A stretch of DNA of 64,000 bases from Macrostomum lignano (GCA_002269645.1 NIVC01002014.1:62001-126000); one strand, 5' to 3'; counted from the first letter of the stretch, positions 25,575 through 39,240 are shown. Numbers and translations: made by a program. Notes: generated from the sequence alone by a model not told the origin.

Positions 25575-26030
25575 GTCTGAGATAGCTGGCCCCAGCATCC
25601 TGTCTGAGCTGATGATGCCAGGTAGCTGGCCCCAGCATCCTGTCTGAGCTGATGATGCCAGGTAGCTGGCCCCAGCATCCTGTCTGAGCTGATGATGCCA
25701 GGTAGCTGGCCCCAGCATCCTGTGTGAGCTGATGATGCCAGGTAGCTGGCCCCAGCATCCTGACTGAGCTGATGATGCCAGGTAGCTGGCCCCAGCATCC
25801 TGACTGAGCTGATGATGCCAGGTAGCTGGCCCCAGCATCCTGACTGAGCTGATGATGCCAGGTAGCTGGCCCCAGCATCCTGTCTGAGCTGATGATGCCA
25901 GGTAGCTGGCCCCAGCATCCTGTCTGAGCTGATGATGCCAGGTAGCTGGCCCCAGCATCCTGACTGAGCTGATGATGCCAGGTAGCTGGCCCCAGCATCC
26001 TGTCTGAGCTGATGATGCCAGGTAGCTGGC
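25575..26030. repeat. 40-bp minisatellite AGCTGGCCCCAGCATCCTGTCTGAGCTGATGATGCCAGGT
   Basis: Direct reading. Confidence 0.95.
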
Positions 26031-26296
26031 AAGGTGAAGGGAGAAAGAGAGAGAAGGGGAGATGAAAGGAGAAAGAGGGAAAGCTGAGGAGATATAAAAG
26101 GCTGGAGATGAAGATGCAAGATTTGGAGAGACGGAGATGGAGGATTGAAGAGAGACAGTGTGACCCTTAGCCCCGCTGTAAGCGCATTCGAAATGCCACG
26201 TGACTAAAAACTAGCTTAAACAAGCAATAATTTGCTACCCACTGCCATAGCCAGGCCAGCGCAGGCAACCTACAACCCGATTCGCGAATAACCAAC

Positions 26297-26434
26297 CTCG
26301 GTCGCATCCGAAATCGGCATCGTTGGAGCACTGAATCTGACACTTCAGCGACTCCGGCAGGCAGTACACCTTGTCAGCGGTGGCGTTGTGACACTCGAAG
26401 TAGCCCGTATTGGGTTCGCAGTACACCAGCAGTT
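26297..26434 (-). CDS. Orphan phase-1/phase-1 exon encoding a degenerate LDLa-like 6-Cys module
   Basis: Bounded by cag acceptor and GTTGGT donor, 138 nt. Reads ELLVYCEPNTGYFECHNATADKVYCLPESLKCQIQCSNDADFGCDR with LDLa-like Cys spacing. Parent transcript not established. Confidence 0.55.
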
Positions 26435-26519
26435 CTGCGCATCGTGTTGGAGTTGGAATTTATTTTTGTGATTTCATATCAATATAGTTGCTGAGCTGCT
26501 TTATCTAGTGTACTGCTGT

Positions 26520-27420
26520 GGGTCGCCGCTCACTCCCTGGTCTTCTAGTGGGCCGCCGCTCACTGCCTGGTCCTCTAGTGGGCCGCCGCTCACTGCCTGG
26601 TTCTCTAGTGGGCCGCCGCTCACTGCCTGGTTCTCTAGTGGGCCGCCGCTCACTGCCTGGTTCTCTAGTGGGCCGCCGCTCACTGCCTGGTTCTCTAGTG
26701 GGCCGCCGCTCACTGCCTGGTCCTCTAGTGGGCCGCCGCTCACTGCCTGGTTCTCTAGTGGGCCGCCGCTCACTGCCTGGTTCTCTAGTGGGCCGCCGCT
26801 CACTGCCTGGTTCTCAGTGGGCCGCCGCTCACTGCCTGGTCCTCTAGTGGGCCGCCGCTCACTGCCTGGTCCTCTAGTGGGCCGCCGCTCACTGCCTGGT
26901 TCTCTAGTGGGCCGCCGCTCACTGCCTGGTTCTCTAGTGGGCCGCCGCTCACCACTCCCTGGTCCTCTTCTAGTTGGCGGCCGCTCACTCCCTGGTCCTC
27001 TAGTTGGCGGTCGCTCACTCCCTGGTCCTCTTCTAGTTGGCCGCCGCTCACTCCTTGGTCCTCTAGTTGGCCGCCGCTCACTCCCTGGTCTTCTAGTGGG
27101 CCGCCGCTCACTCCTTGGTCCTCTAGTTGGCCGCCGCTCACTCCCTGGTCTTCTAGTGGGCCGCCGCTCACTCCCTGGTCTTCTAGTGGGCCGCCGCTCA
27201 CCACTCCCTGGTCCTCTTCTAGTTGGCCGCCGCTCACTCCTTGGTCTTCAAGTGGGCCGCCGCTCACTCATTGGTCCTCTAGTGGGCCGCCGCCAACTCC
27301 CTCCCGGGTCATCTAGTGGGGTAAGTGGGCCGCCGCTCACTCCCTGGTCCTCTAGTGGGCCGCCGCTCACTCCCTGGTCTTCTAGTGGGCTGTCACTCAC
27401 TCACGGGTCCTCTAGTGGGC
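26520..27420. repeat. About 30-bp minisatellite CTAGTGGGCCGCCGCTCACTGCCTGGTTCT
   Basis: Direct reading. Confidence 0.95.
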
Positions 27421-30400
27421 CGTATCAATTCTACTACAATATTACGTTACGAGTTAATACAACGCAAAGCAAAGCACTCACTCATAAAGTCCTCCTTGGA
27501 CAATCCGGTCAAAGAAATGGCCGGAACCGGAACAGTCAGACTAAGCAGTGAAGAGTACAATAGCAGCATAAATTTCACAGCATGCCGGCCGCTGCTGTAT
27601 CGCATTTTGGGTATTATATTCCGGTTGAGCTCGATCCTACTTTATCTGTCTGTCGGGCTGGCAAACCAATTAAAAAACAATCAAAAAGTACGGCAGCACA
27701 AATGCAGCCACTTTGAACTTGAGCCGTCCTTGACTGATCTGATCTGGCCGGCCGCTCCAGTTTATTTATTTATTTTGTTTGTTATGTTTCAGCAGTGCTG
27801 CCGAACTGCAAATATTCCTAAAGTTACGATTTACATTTTAATTATCGTTACAGTTACAGGGCATGCAGCCACTCATGCACTAAGTAAGCCCTATCCTGTC
27901 TTGTTTTATAATGTTTCTGACATAGCAGTTTGCAAATATCAGATACAATACAATTCTCAAGGCCATGAATAGTCTGGACGCGCGTCCTATTCTGAATGGG
28001 TGGTGTGGTCGGCGGGGGGTTCAGTTCAAATGTACATCTGCTAGCAAAGTGTACATTCAAACCCTTCCTTTCCACCCTTCCGTCTGAGCGAATCAACCCC
28101 CTCACACCACTCCCCCACGCTGGCGTAAACCCCCAACCAAACATCGGCCGCACTAGGAGGAGAACCAAAAATACTCTACCCAAAGCGAAAGCGAAGCCCA
28201 GTTTAGTCAGTTCAGGCCTGGAGGCGGCGTTTTGATCACGTGACTCGTCACCCCATGTTTTTCCGAGGTTTCCCCTTGCCCTCCTGGGAAGTTGGGAGTC
28301 TCGCCAGTCGCCAGCCTACAGTTAGTTGTATTTGTGAAGTTATGAGTGAAGCTTGCTACGCGTCTGCCACAAATCACAATGGATTCACATCACTGTTACA
28401 AAAATTCCTTTGAATTTCTAGCATGAATCAGCTTTCTCAAATAATTTGCGCCTGTCTGCTAATGCCAGCAAAATTTACATTTCTCCAGCAATATAGCTAA
28501 ACAAGTTAAACAAGTTAACGCCCGTTTGGTGTCTATAAGTTAGTAAGGCCAATAGGAAGAGCCGATAGCCATATGTCAGTCGCCAGGTGTGCTGCGTGCA
28601 GTGCATGACAAATGAGGAGTCACGAGTGACAAGGAAAAGTTCTTTTGGCCAGCCGAATCCCACTGCAGTCCGCATTACTTTCTGCTGCTTCTGTACGTGT
28701 TAATCAATTTCGAGTTTAGCAATCCCGACAGAAATAAAAAGATAATTCTCTAACTTTCTTGAGTTTATATAGGGACCAATACGTTGATAATACTGTCTGT
28801 CTGATTGTAGGGTTGTACTTTCGTGTAGTGTGACAGTGTTTCAATCAGACATTTTATCACTAGTCAAGCTGTCATTTCTGTTAGGCGTCAACAAGGGCAG
28901 GACAATCGAGAACAATTCGGTGTCAAGTGGTTTCGGTGGACACGAAACAGCACTTGCTCGGATCGTGACACTCGGCACTCTTATCAGAGATAAGAATAAG
29001 TAGTTAATGAACACGCCATCATGCCATGCTCGTGGTGCCATGCGTGCCAGCGCTGATATTCAGATCTTGAGTGCGATAAGCTACGTTATTGAGTTCCTGG
29101 AGTAATAAACTGCAATTGAAATACACTGTACCCCGTGCGTCATAACAGATATCGTAGTTAAAGCGCCTGCTGTGAACTCAAACCTATCATGTCACCCCTC
29201 AAAGCAGGTAGATATAGTGGCGGACACTGCGTATTCTACTTATAATAAGGCAATCTGTGAGCTCTATCTGCCTGCTTATCTCCGAAAAAATGAAAGATTA
29301 TTTGCAATCTATCAATCAAAAATGATTCTGCGGTCAGCAGAGACACGAGAAATGGGAGTTTAATATTTAACTCGATAATCGTTGATTTAAATTAGGGCTA
29401 AGATTAATATCAAGTAAAGGTTTATTATAAGGTTTGGTAGGTTAATGTTTAGGTTATAGGGCTAGAGCTCATGTTTAGTGTAAGTTAAGGTAAGATAAAT
29501 TACCGTTAAGGCTTAGGTTAATGCTATATAGCATTCTAGTGCCCCCAACAAAGAATGGAATAATTTTTTAAATAAACTACATGTAAGCTTCTGACTTTTC
29601 AGCCTTGACATCTCAGCAATTCCCCCTGTAAGCCTTGACATCTCAACAATTCTCCGTTAAGCCTTGACATTAAGGTTTAGATTGGTAAAAGTTTAGGTTA
29701 AGGTTTAGGTTAAGGTTTAGGTCTGGATCGGCAGTCAGTTATGGCAGTCAAATTTCGGGAACCCTCAAGGAATACGAGTATTTCAATTTTTCTTGTACTT
29801 CCTTTTTACAACACACTACTTACAACTCAGCCGTGTTTCGTGATCCGGCCGTCCCGGTTCAGTAAGCCATGTGCATCCTCCGAGCATTGCGAGTCGCAGA
29901 GGTCACAGTTCCTAGAATAATTTTTTTTTATAATTGCTAACTGGTATTAGTTTCTAGCTGCCTTTGTGTCAGTGTGCACATCAAGAAGCTAAATTAAATC
30001 ATTCGCAAAAATTTTCGTTCGCAAATTCTCGTTTTGTTACTGCAAGTAGCGCGAATAAACTCTGGCTACGAGCAGTATTCATTATCTCACAATTACCGGT
30101 ACTTTACGAGCGTAGATTACGCTCCAGATATTGGCATATTTCAGTTGATATTCACTGAGTCTAATGGAAACAAAGGTTTATTGTAATTTATACTTCAAAA
30201 AACCTTTAATTTTTTCTAACGTACATGTTATGCTATGAAGGACTGCCGCATGTAACGACGTACAATTAATTGACTAAATAAAGTATAAAAAATAGCTTGA
30301 ATATCACTGGATATGAGCAGAGTGCTCTGCCTACTGTCTCATCATCCCTGACGCACTTTAAGCGACATTGTTACAACCGGCGAGCCGCATTACTGCCCAT

Positions 30401-32744
30401 TCCGCCGATTCACCTGAGCAGGCACACAAGTGCGCGAATACAGTGTATGGCGCCCCAACTTTATTTTTCGTTAGGCATGTACTTGGGGGTTGGATCTCAA
30501 GAGCGTTAATTGCAAGAGCAGATCGCCAAGCCGAGATTCCACAAGTTAGTCCCAAATTAATGTGACTGAACTTGGAAACGAACCCTGGCCGCCGGCACAT
30601 AAGAGCGCTGAGCTATAGACCACTGGGCACCCCAATAGCCTAACTCTTTAATTATCAGCCTAATTCAGTCATGCTCTAGAGTCTAGACTACTAAGGATAC
30701 ATTTAGCTGTTGACAGGATAAGATGCCAAATCCTCTGCGAGAGACACTTGTTTCCCCGGAGTTCATTGCGGCGCAACTTTGGCTCTGAACAGATCGAGAG
30801 CATGGGCTTCACCTCAAGAAGACAGTTCCTGACTTCCTGATCGCCAAAGGGGGTGGGCGTTGTTCGTGGCAATTGTCGAGACCGTCTTGCTCAACTGAGC
30901 CAAGTCGTGGATTGTGGATGCTGAAATATTTGCAGTTGGAGCTGACGGAGCTCATCTGAACCAATGCCAATTCATGTGCGACTAGTCGTACTTCATGTAC
31001 TTTGATCTGGATCTGTTCGCTTTTGTTAATTACTAGATGACAAATAACAATCATCAAACAATGAGGTGAATCGATTCAGTTAGTCCCGGATCTCGCACTC
31101 GGGGAAATTAAGACTCACTGCAGCGGGCTCCGGTCTGTCTGTCGGAGAGCCTCTCCTACAAGCCTTCTCTAATACTTCCGTGAGCCTCCATTGCCTCATC
31201 CGCCCCTGCTGAGCACCAAAACAGGAGGATAAAGCAGGTCACACAGAGTCTGAAGATATGAGAGGTCTGCAGCTTGACAACCGTTTTCACCCTTTCTATA
31301 CGAGTAATTACACACCTATTTCCTTCACGCTAAAACTATTCAACTGGGAATGCTGCCGCCATTGTTTCGTGAGTCGCCATCTTTCTCTATCGTTCGTGGA
31401 GGATCTTTCTAATGGGAGGGGAAAAGTGAGAGAGAATCTGCTGGTATCACTTGGAGGGCATTAGAATACCAGCAGACTATTTGGGAGCTTTGACTTACTT
31501 TTGCCAAGTAGCTTTTCAACTTTTCAACGACTCTATTGAACAGCGCCGTGTCCCTATACTCGTAATTCCATAGGGGCCCAGTGCCGTCTGTCCTCTCCTG
31601 TCTGTCTGTCTCGCTCCAGTCAGAGCGAAAATTGCTGGGGAGGGAGACTTACGGGGAATCTGTGCAAGGGGGGAGTTGACCACTTTTATCTCGCCACGGA
31701 ACTCTTCTGTTTACAGCCACGCCATGTCCTCTAAATGTGAGACGATTCTAGCCTGTCGATACGGGCCCAAGACTTCAAGACGCTTCCATGAAGGCATTCT
31801 TTTGCAGCAGTCTGAGCGCTCTCTTCTCGTATATTCGTAGAATGGATGAAGCTCGCGCCAGCTTGCGCCAGTGGAGGAGCTGCGCGGCGAACTCAGGTCA
31901 CAGAGCATGCAAAAGTAACACCTAATAAGCAGGGCATCATCAGGCATCTTCTATTATAACAAGCGGGCTAAAGTTACAGTTCATTATCAATCACTTTCTC
32001 GAAAGCAGGGAAGTGAGAACGCGAGAGAAAATTGTTATACAGACGCGAAAGAGGGAGATTGAGATATTGAATGGAAAGAGTGACCACAAAAAGAAACGAA
32101 GTAAACTGCTCAGAGTCGAGTGCTATCAAGTGAGACACGAGCCTGTAGGAGGACTCGACAGTCAGAGAATGAGGAGGCGCAGCAAACAATGTAGGGGCTG
32201 CGTTGAACTGATTTGGAGAAGTTTTGCTCAGCCACTCAGCGCCTATCACAATTTTCAATGCTACGGAGGGACTCGAAGGAAAAACTTCGGAGCCGAGATG
32301 CCAATTAAGACTCGGGTTTGGGGAACCGGTAGCTCGCGCGAGAAGTGCCTGACATCTGTGCTTCTGCGCGAAGCGAATTCAGAGCGGACTGTGCAGGCAT
32401 TTGACTCGGTCAGCCAACCATTAATTAGCTTATTAGCTGGACATTTGGGCGACTTCGTTGTTGTCCGATTTCCTTACTTCCAATTTCTAGTCAAGGACTG
32501 AGCAAGAGCAACATACCAGCTATCTCGTCCGCAGTGTCAACTCCCATCACTACCAGTATAGTCTGGTCTGGTTTGAAAATGAGCCTTCTTTTCAAATGCA
32601 AAACGCATGGAAACAAAGTCTCTGATTTGCTAATTAATAAATTCTTGTATTTAGAGATTCTCTGACTCTGAAAGTCCGAGCCAGTCAGAAACGGTCAGAA
32701 TCAGACTCAAAGTGAAAATCAGTCAGAGTCAGTCAAATTCAGAA

Positions 32745-34065
32745 TCAGAGTCAGAGTCAGAGTAAGAGTCAGAGTCAGAGTCAGAGTCAGAGTCAGAGTC
32801 AGAGTCAGAGTCAGAGTCAGAGTCAGAGTCAGTCAGAGTCAGAGTCAGAGTCAGAGTCAGTCAGAGTCAGAGTCAGAGTCAGAGTCAGAGTCAGAGTCAG
32901 AGTCAGAGTCAGAGTCAGAGTCAGAGTCAGTCAGAGTCAGAGTCAGAGTCAGTCAGAGTAAGAGTCAGAGTCAGAGTCAGAGTCAGAGTCAGAGTCAGAG
33001 TCAGAGTCAGAGTCAGAGTCAGAGTCAGAGTAAGAGTCAGAGTCAGAGTAAGAGTCAGAGTCAGAGTCAGAGTCAGAGTCAGTCAGAGTCAGAGTCAGAG
33101 TCAGAGTCAGAGTCAGAGTCAGAGTCAGTCAGAGTCAGAGTCAGAGTCAGAGTCAGAGTCAGAGTCAGAGTCAGAGTCAGTCAGAGTCAGAGTCAGAGTC
33201 AGAGTCAGAGTCAGAGTCAGAGTCAGTCAGAGTCAGAGTCAGTCAGAGTCAGAGTCAGAGTCAGAGTCAGAGTCAGAGTCAGAGTCAGAGTCAGTCAGAG
33301 TCAGAGTCAGAGTCAGAGTCAGAGTCAGAGTCAGTCAGAGTCAGAGTCAGAGTCAGAGTCAGTCAGAGTCAGAGTCAGAGTCAGAGTCAGAGTCAGAGTC
33401 AGAGTCAGAGTCAGAGTCAGAGTCAGAGTCAGAGTCAGAGTCAGAGTCAGAGTCAGAGTCAGAGTCAGAGTCAGTCAGAGTCAGAGTCAGAGTCAGAGTC
33501 AGTCAGAGTCAGAGTCAGAGTCAGAGTCAGAGTCAGTCAGAGTCAGAGTCAGAGTCAGAGTCAGTCAGAGTCAGAGTCAGAGTCAGAGTCAGAGTCAGAG
33601 TCAGAGTCAGAGTCAGTCAGAGTCAGAGTCAGAGTCAGAGTCAGTCAGAGTCAGAGTCAGAGTCAGAGTCAGAGTCAGAGTCAGAGTCAGAGTCAGAGTC
33701 AGAGTCAGAGTCAGAGTCAGAGTCAGAGTCAGAGTAAGAGTCAGAGTCAGAGTCAGAGTCAGAGTCAGAGTCAGTCAGAGTCAGAGTCAGAGTCAGAGTC
33801 AGAGTCAGAGTCAGAGTCAGTCAGAGTCAGAGTCAGAGTCAGAGTCAGAGTCAGAGTCAGAGTCAGAGTCAGAGTCAGTCAGAGTCAGAGTCAGTCAGAG
33901 TCAGAGTCAGTCAGAGTCAGAGTCAGAGTCAGAGTCAGAGTCAGAGTCAGTCAGAGTCAGAGTCAGAGTCAGAGTCAGAGTCAGAGTCAGTCAGAGTCAG
34001 AGTCAGAGTCAGAGTCAGAGTCAGAGTCAGTCAGAGTCAGAGTCAGAGTCAGTCAGAGTCAGAGT
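32745..34065. repeat. (AGTCAG)n hexamer microsatellite with interspersed AGTC tetramers, about 1.3 kb
   Basis: Direct reading. Confidence 0.97.
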
Positions 34066-34567
34066 GATCAAATGACTTCTTCAAGCGCAATTAGGAAAGT
34101 GCGAGCACACAAACTTAATGGGTCGGATTGACAGAAAGTTTCATAAGTTCAATCATTTATGTTTTGACCATGCAGTTTAATATGATGAAATTTCCCACAC
34201 CACATGTGAGCACAGCAATGCATTATATAAAGTTGCAACACGAGTGGATTGGATTCGTGCAGTGACAACCGGAAGCAAGGTATATAATACTGACTATATA
34301 CACGCGCCCTTCGCTATTGTGACCGCTCAGGCATGTAACATGGGTGGGCAGCAGCTGCTCAATCAGTATGCAGTATGAACTATTAACAATTTGGCAAGCG
34401 TGACATCATTCAGCAGACAGAGGAGAATAAGCAAATTAGATAACGTCCACGACTGACGTGCTCTACCGGTATCGCTCGCACTTGGACTCCAAAACTAACA
34501 AGCATGCTGATGAATAACATTTAGAAAAAAACGAAAGCAATCGGGTTAGAAATGTCGGCGAGTTTCA

Positions 34568-35441
34568 TCAATTTGTCTTCGATGGGTCCCAGATTGTTGA
34601 CGAAGTTGCAGGAGCCGCTGCATCCCACGGGTATTGCAGCTGAAGCTGCGGCTGCTGCAGCATCAGGGATGTTGGCTGACTACTGGCCTGGAACTGAATG
34701 GCGTGCTGCGGCTGCGGCTGCGGCTGCGGCTGCGGAGTGCAGACCGCTCCTCTAAGCCGGACCTGGTGGGGGGGCACCCCGTTGATCACCTGGCCCATGA
34801 ATCGGATGTAGGTGATGGCCAGCCTGAGCGTCTCAATCCGCGACAGTCGCTTCTCGAAGGCGAAGGTTGGCACCTTGGTGCGCAGCGTGTCGAAGGCCTC
34901 GTTCAGATTGAACATGCGGCGTCTCTCCCTGACAAGTTTCCGGGGTGTTTTGTTTACAGTTAAGCAAATTAAATTAAGACTCGAAAAATTTCAGGAGCAA
35001 GGGTAGACAAGATTTTACTTTCACAACTCACCTGACATTTGCCGCTTTTCTCTGGGCCTGCGACGCCACTCGCTTGCGTTTTGGCTTCTGGGGCCGAGCG
35101 GCTTGCTGCTCCTGCTGCTGCAGCTGCTGCTGAGCCTGTTGCGGAGGGAACTGCGGCTGAGGGTACTGGGCGTACTCACAAGGCATTGAACAGAAGTACT
35201 GCGGCTGCTGCGGCGGCACTGGCGGCAGCTGAGTCTGCAGCTCGTCGGGCTGCCAGCACTGAGCTGCCGTCTCTGGGACGAACAGAGCCGCTCCCGAAGT
35301 CTCCATCGAGGAGGTCATGTTGGCTGCGCTGCCCACGCTGCCGATGCTGCTGCTGCTGCAGTTGCTGCTGAAATTGCTGATGCTGCTAGCGACCTCTGCC
35401 GCCTGCTGCTGGCTGGCTAGACACGCAGGGGACGTGGCCAT
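34568..35441 (-). CDS. ferd3l: bHLH transcription factor, Fer3/FERD3L (Nato3) subfamily, 256 aa
   Basis: Exons 35032-35441 and 34568-34928 (phase-2 GTGAGT..cag intron). b[56 protein letters not shown] closely matches FERD3L/Fer3, not Ptf1a. Q/S-rich N-terminus, good Kozak context (gcagccATGG). Confidence 0.92.
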
Positions 35442-35683
35442 GGCTGCGGTCCTGTGCTCCGAGTATTCTGCCTCGGGCTGCTCCGGCTGCTCAAGAACGT
35501 GACTTCTAGCTGACTGGCCTCAAGTGTTTATTCGCCAATTGGCACCAGCGAAGCTGCTGATCTGAGAGCAATTCGCGCGTGACTGGACTGCCTTTTTAGC
35601 GATGATGAACTGGGGATGCGCGCTCTGAGGTTGTTCCGGCCTTGTCCCTCTGCTGCTCGGCACGTGCCTGTTGCGGCCTCCGC

Positions 35684-35837
35684 CTTTTATCTTTGATGGA
35701 GAGAAGGAAAGCGAGGACCGGGGGTGGGCTCGGTCCAATCCCCCCTGAGCAGTGTTTCCCACCATATTCCCCGCTACCGGTTTAGAAGGGGGGGAGGCAG
35801 CGGAGGGGAGGGAGGGACCGCGCGAGGCGGTTCATTG
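35684..35837 (-). promoter_or_regulatory. Putative core promoter of the Fer3 gene
   Basis: TATA-like GATAAAAG at 35684-35691 (minus), CCAAT boxes at 35735 and 35833, GC-rich context, about 245 bp upstream of the ATG. Motif match only. Confidence 0.3.
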
Positions 35838-36279
35838 GTCCGCGCCTTCCCATGCTCCCGGGAAAGTTAATTAGCGGCTGCGGCGGCACGGCTGCGCGCC
35901 CGAGTGTGAGAACCGCGGCCCGAGGGTTCTCATGAGCTCCCCTCTACAGGCTACAGATTGCCCCCGAAACGCCAAGGTGAAGACTTGTTTTCTAACGCAC
36001 ATGGGATTTATGGCCGAATCAAGTTAGTAGGCGGTCCGCTGTCTGATCGATCGATTATAAAACTTATAGCTAATTCTGCTCAATTTATGCTTGAATTTTA
36101 CAGCTTTTTACAGGCAAATTTAAGATCCTTCTAGTGGTGGGAGTTCGTGCCCAACGAATGCGCTCAAAACTCCGGAGGGACTGCTCGGTGCGAAATTTTC
36201 AAGTCCATTGTTGACCTGCTGGCGGCAGGGCTGGACGGTTCGCATTTGAAAACACGTCGTAAAGACAAGCAGTTCTCTT

Positions 36280-36720
36280 AGACTATCGGTGATGGGGTGA
36301 GACTATTGGTGATGGGGTGAGACTATCGGTGATGGGGTGAGACTATCGGTGATGGGGTGAGACTATCGGTGATGGGGTGAGACTATCGGTGATGGGGTGA
36401 GACTATCGGTGATGGGGTGAGACTATCGGTGATGGGGTGAGACTATCGGTGATGGGGTGAGACTATTGGTGATGGGGTGAGACTATCGGTGATGGGGTGA
36501 GACTATCGGTGATGGGGTGAGACTATCGGTGATGGGGTGAGACTTTCGGTGATGGGGTGAGACTATCGGTGATGGGGTGAGACTATCGGTGATGGGGTGA
36601 GACTATCGGTGATGGGGTGAGACTATCGGTGATGGGGTGAGACTATCGGTGATGGGGTGAGACTATCGGCGATGGGCTGAGACTATCGGCGATGGGCTGA
36701 GACTATCGGTGATGAGGTGT
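36280..36720. repeat. 20-bp minisatellite GACTATCGGTGATGGGGTGA
   Basis: Direct reading. Confidence 0.95.
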
Positions 36721-38384
36721 GAGTATCGGAGAGAGAGTGAGAGCATCAGGAGCCCATGGGTGAGACTGAGTATCAAAATGTCGTCCAGTCGCTCAGAGCT
36801 CCGCAAGGCTGGTTCGCAAGAATCCAAATGAATTTGGATAAAACGGCAAGGGGTTTCGAGGGCCAGGTGTAACCTTTCTCATTCCAGCACGCAGCTAACG
36901 GCTCGGTACATGCTAATGCTCACCTGTGGAGCCGCCCACATCCCCGGCTGTGATGGGTCTGCATGGTCGAGTCTGCAGCGGGTCTGCATGCATATTAATG
37001 CTGCTGATTTTCGCAATTCTCGCCCATAGGCAGCCCCGCCCGCATGCCACTTGATTTTGGGGATCACGGAGGATCAGACCAGCTCGATCGGTTATCCCAG
37101 CCCGAATAGTTAAGCACCAGCCCGCAGAGTCTGTGCTCGAATTCGAAATGCGGCCCGACACATGGCAACAGTGTAGCCAAAGCTGTATGGGACATTTCTG
37201 CAGGCCTGGAAGATTTCTCCCACTGCGTTGCTATTTTGGAAAACCATGCGCGGCCTTCCCTCATCGGGATTCGGATCCCAGATCATTTTTTGGCCATTCA
37301 TCTTTCCAAATCACCCCCTGCACGATTTCATTTCCATACAATTCTCGCGCAAAGAAAGCCGCTCCGCACCTCTGGCCCGCAGCGGGGGCTCAGCGGATTT
37401 GCGGCTGCTCTATGCGGGCATCTCCGAGTCCGCTTGAGCTCCTGATTCCAAGAAATTCTCCACTGCGGCTCAGGCGGAGCCAAGGAGATCTGCATAACCT
37501 GCGCTTGGAGGCCCCACTGTAGTCAGTTCGCACACAAGAGTCAGAAGAGTTTCAGGTGTTTTTTCAAAAAAACAATCCAAGACTACAGCAGAACAGTCTA
37601 ATTTTCCTGAGCAATAGGCCACCATTCGGTATTTATTGAATTGAAGTTTTGAAATTGAAACTGAATATTTTTTTATTTTTTATTCCTAGTAAATTGTTCA
37701 AAGTTTTGCATTCCTAACTTTTTCATGCCTACCGCAAAATATAGATTCTCCCAGGGTTTTCAAATATTGAATGTTATTTCTGGATGCCATGGCATTTTTA
37801 CGCAAATAAAGGAAGACTTTTCAGCATTGAACTGCCACTACAAGCTCGGAAAATGCTTCATCAGCCAAACCAAAGTTACGCTAAACTTAAAAATAATATG
37901 ATGCGGGAAGAGTCGCTGGTCCGGGTTCGGGGCTCAGATCTCCATGGCACTGCAGCTCAGAGGCGGGCACGGGGGGGGGGGTTTGTGGTGGTCACACGTG
38001 TTCCTGACCAGCTGTTGCTCACCTCTTCTCAGCAGCTACCGCTGCGCCTCTCCTCCACAGCGGGAGCCGGGCTGTGATAAATAAATCCATGCGGTAGAGA
38101 AGTTTCTCTGCTCGCTCACCTACCAGGAGCCACTTGAGCAGACAGGGCCCGGGCTGAGGGCGGAGTGACCGACTGAAACCAACTCTTTAACAATCCATTC
38201 AGATCTGCCAGCTCTGCGGGCGGGAGGGGATTAGCGAGCTAATCCGGACCGCGGCTTGTGAAGCTTGTGAACTGCTGCATTGCTGGGAAACTCTGTATAT
38301 GAGGAAGGCTGCAAGGACCAAATCTGTTCAATGATACTGAGGACTGAAGCAGTGCGACCGTTCAAGTTTCTGAGCAATACTAGG

Positions 38385-38635
38385 GGTCTATGACCTCCTT
38401 CATAGTTTCTGTGAAATATTAGGGGGTCTATGACCTCCTTCATAGTTTCTGTGAAATATTAGGGGGTCTATGACCTCCTTCATAGTTTCTGTGAAATATT
38501 AGGGGGTCTATGACCTCCTTCATAGTTTCTGTGAAATATTAGGGGGTCTATGACCTCCTTCATAGTTTCTGTGAAATATTAGGGGGTCTATGACCTCCTT
38601 CATAGCTTCTGTGAAATATTAGGGGGTCTGTGACC
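38385..38635. repeat. 40-bp minisatellite CTATGACCTCCTTCATAGTTTCTGTGAAATATTAGGGGGT
   Basis: Direct reading, about 6 copies. Confidence 0.95.
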
Positions 38636-38861
38636 TCTTGAATTCCGTGATATGTGGCCTGGTTTGATCTGGTTTCTAGAAAATCTAGGGGACTATGCCT
38701 GTTTTCTAGAAAATAAAGGTGTATAACTTTCTGTAAAATAATACGGTACTATATGTGATAAATGATCTCCTTGCAAAGATTAAACAGGGAACTATAGGAC
38801 ATCCTTGTTTCTTAGGAAATAAAAGAGAACTATGAGATCCTGGGTTTTTAGGAAAAAGTTT

Positions 38862-39240
38862 AGGAAACAAGGGAACAGTGACATTCAGGTTTCTAGGAAA
38901 CAGGGGAACAGTGACATTCAGGTTTCTAGGAAACAGGGGAACAGTGACATTCAGGTTTCTAGGAAACAGGGGAACAGTGACATTCAGGTTTCTAGGAAAC
39001 AGGGGAACAGTGACATTCAGGTTTCTAGGAAACAAGGGGAACAGTGACATTCAGGTTTCTAGGAAACAAGGGGAACAGTGACATTCAGGTTTCTAGGAAA
39101 CAAGGGAACAGTGACATTCAGGTTTCTAGGAAACAAGGGAACAGTGACATTCAGGTTTCTAGGAAACAAGGGAACAGTGACATTCAGGTTTCTAGGAAAC
39201 AAGGGAACAGTGACATTCAGGTTTCTAGGAAACAAGGGGA
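38862..39240. repeat. 33/34-bp minisatellite GTTTCTAGGAAACAAGGGAACAGTGACATTCAG
   Basis: Direct reading. Confidence 0.95.

Noticed and set aside
25575-26030. CTGATGA hammerhead core in each 40-bp unit
   Set aside because: No GAAA partner or three-way junction in the unit.
32013-32501. 162-aa plus-strand ORF
   Set aside because: No ATG-anchored model, recognisable motif or exon context.
23748-39240. CRISPR-like look of the 30-40 bp repeats
   Set aside because: Units are head-to-tail with no unique spacers, there are no cas genes, and the context is eukaryotic.
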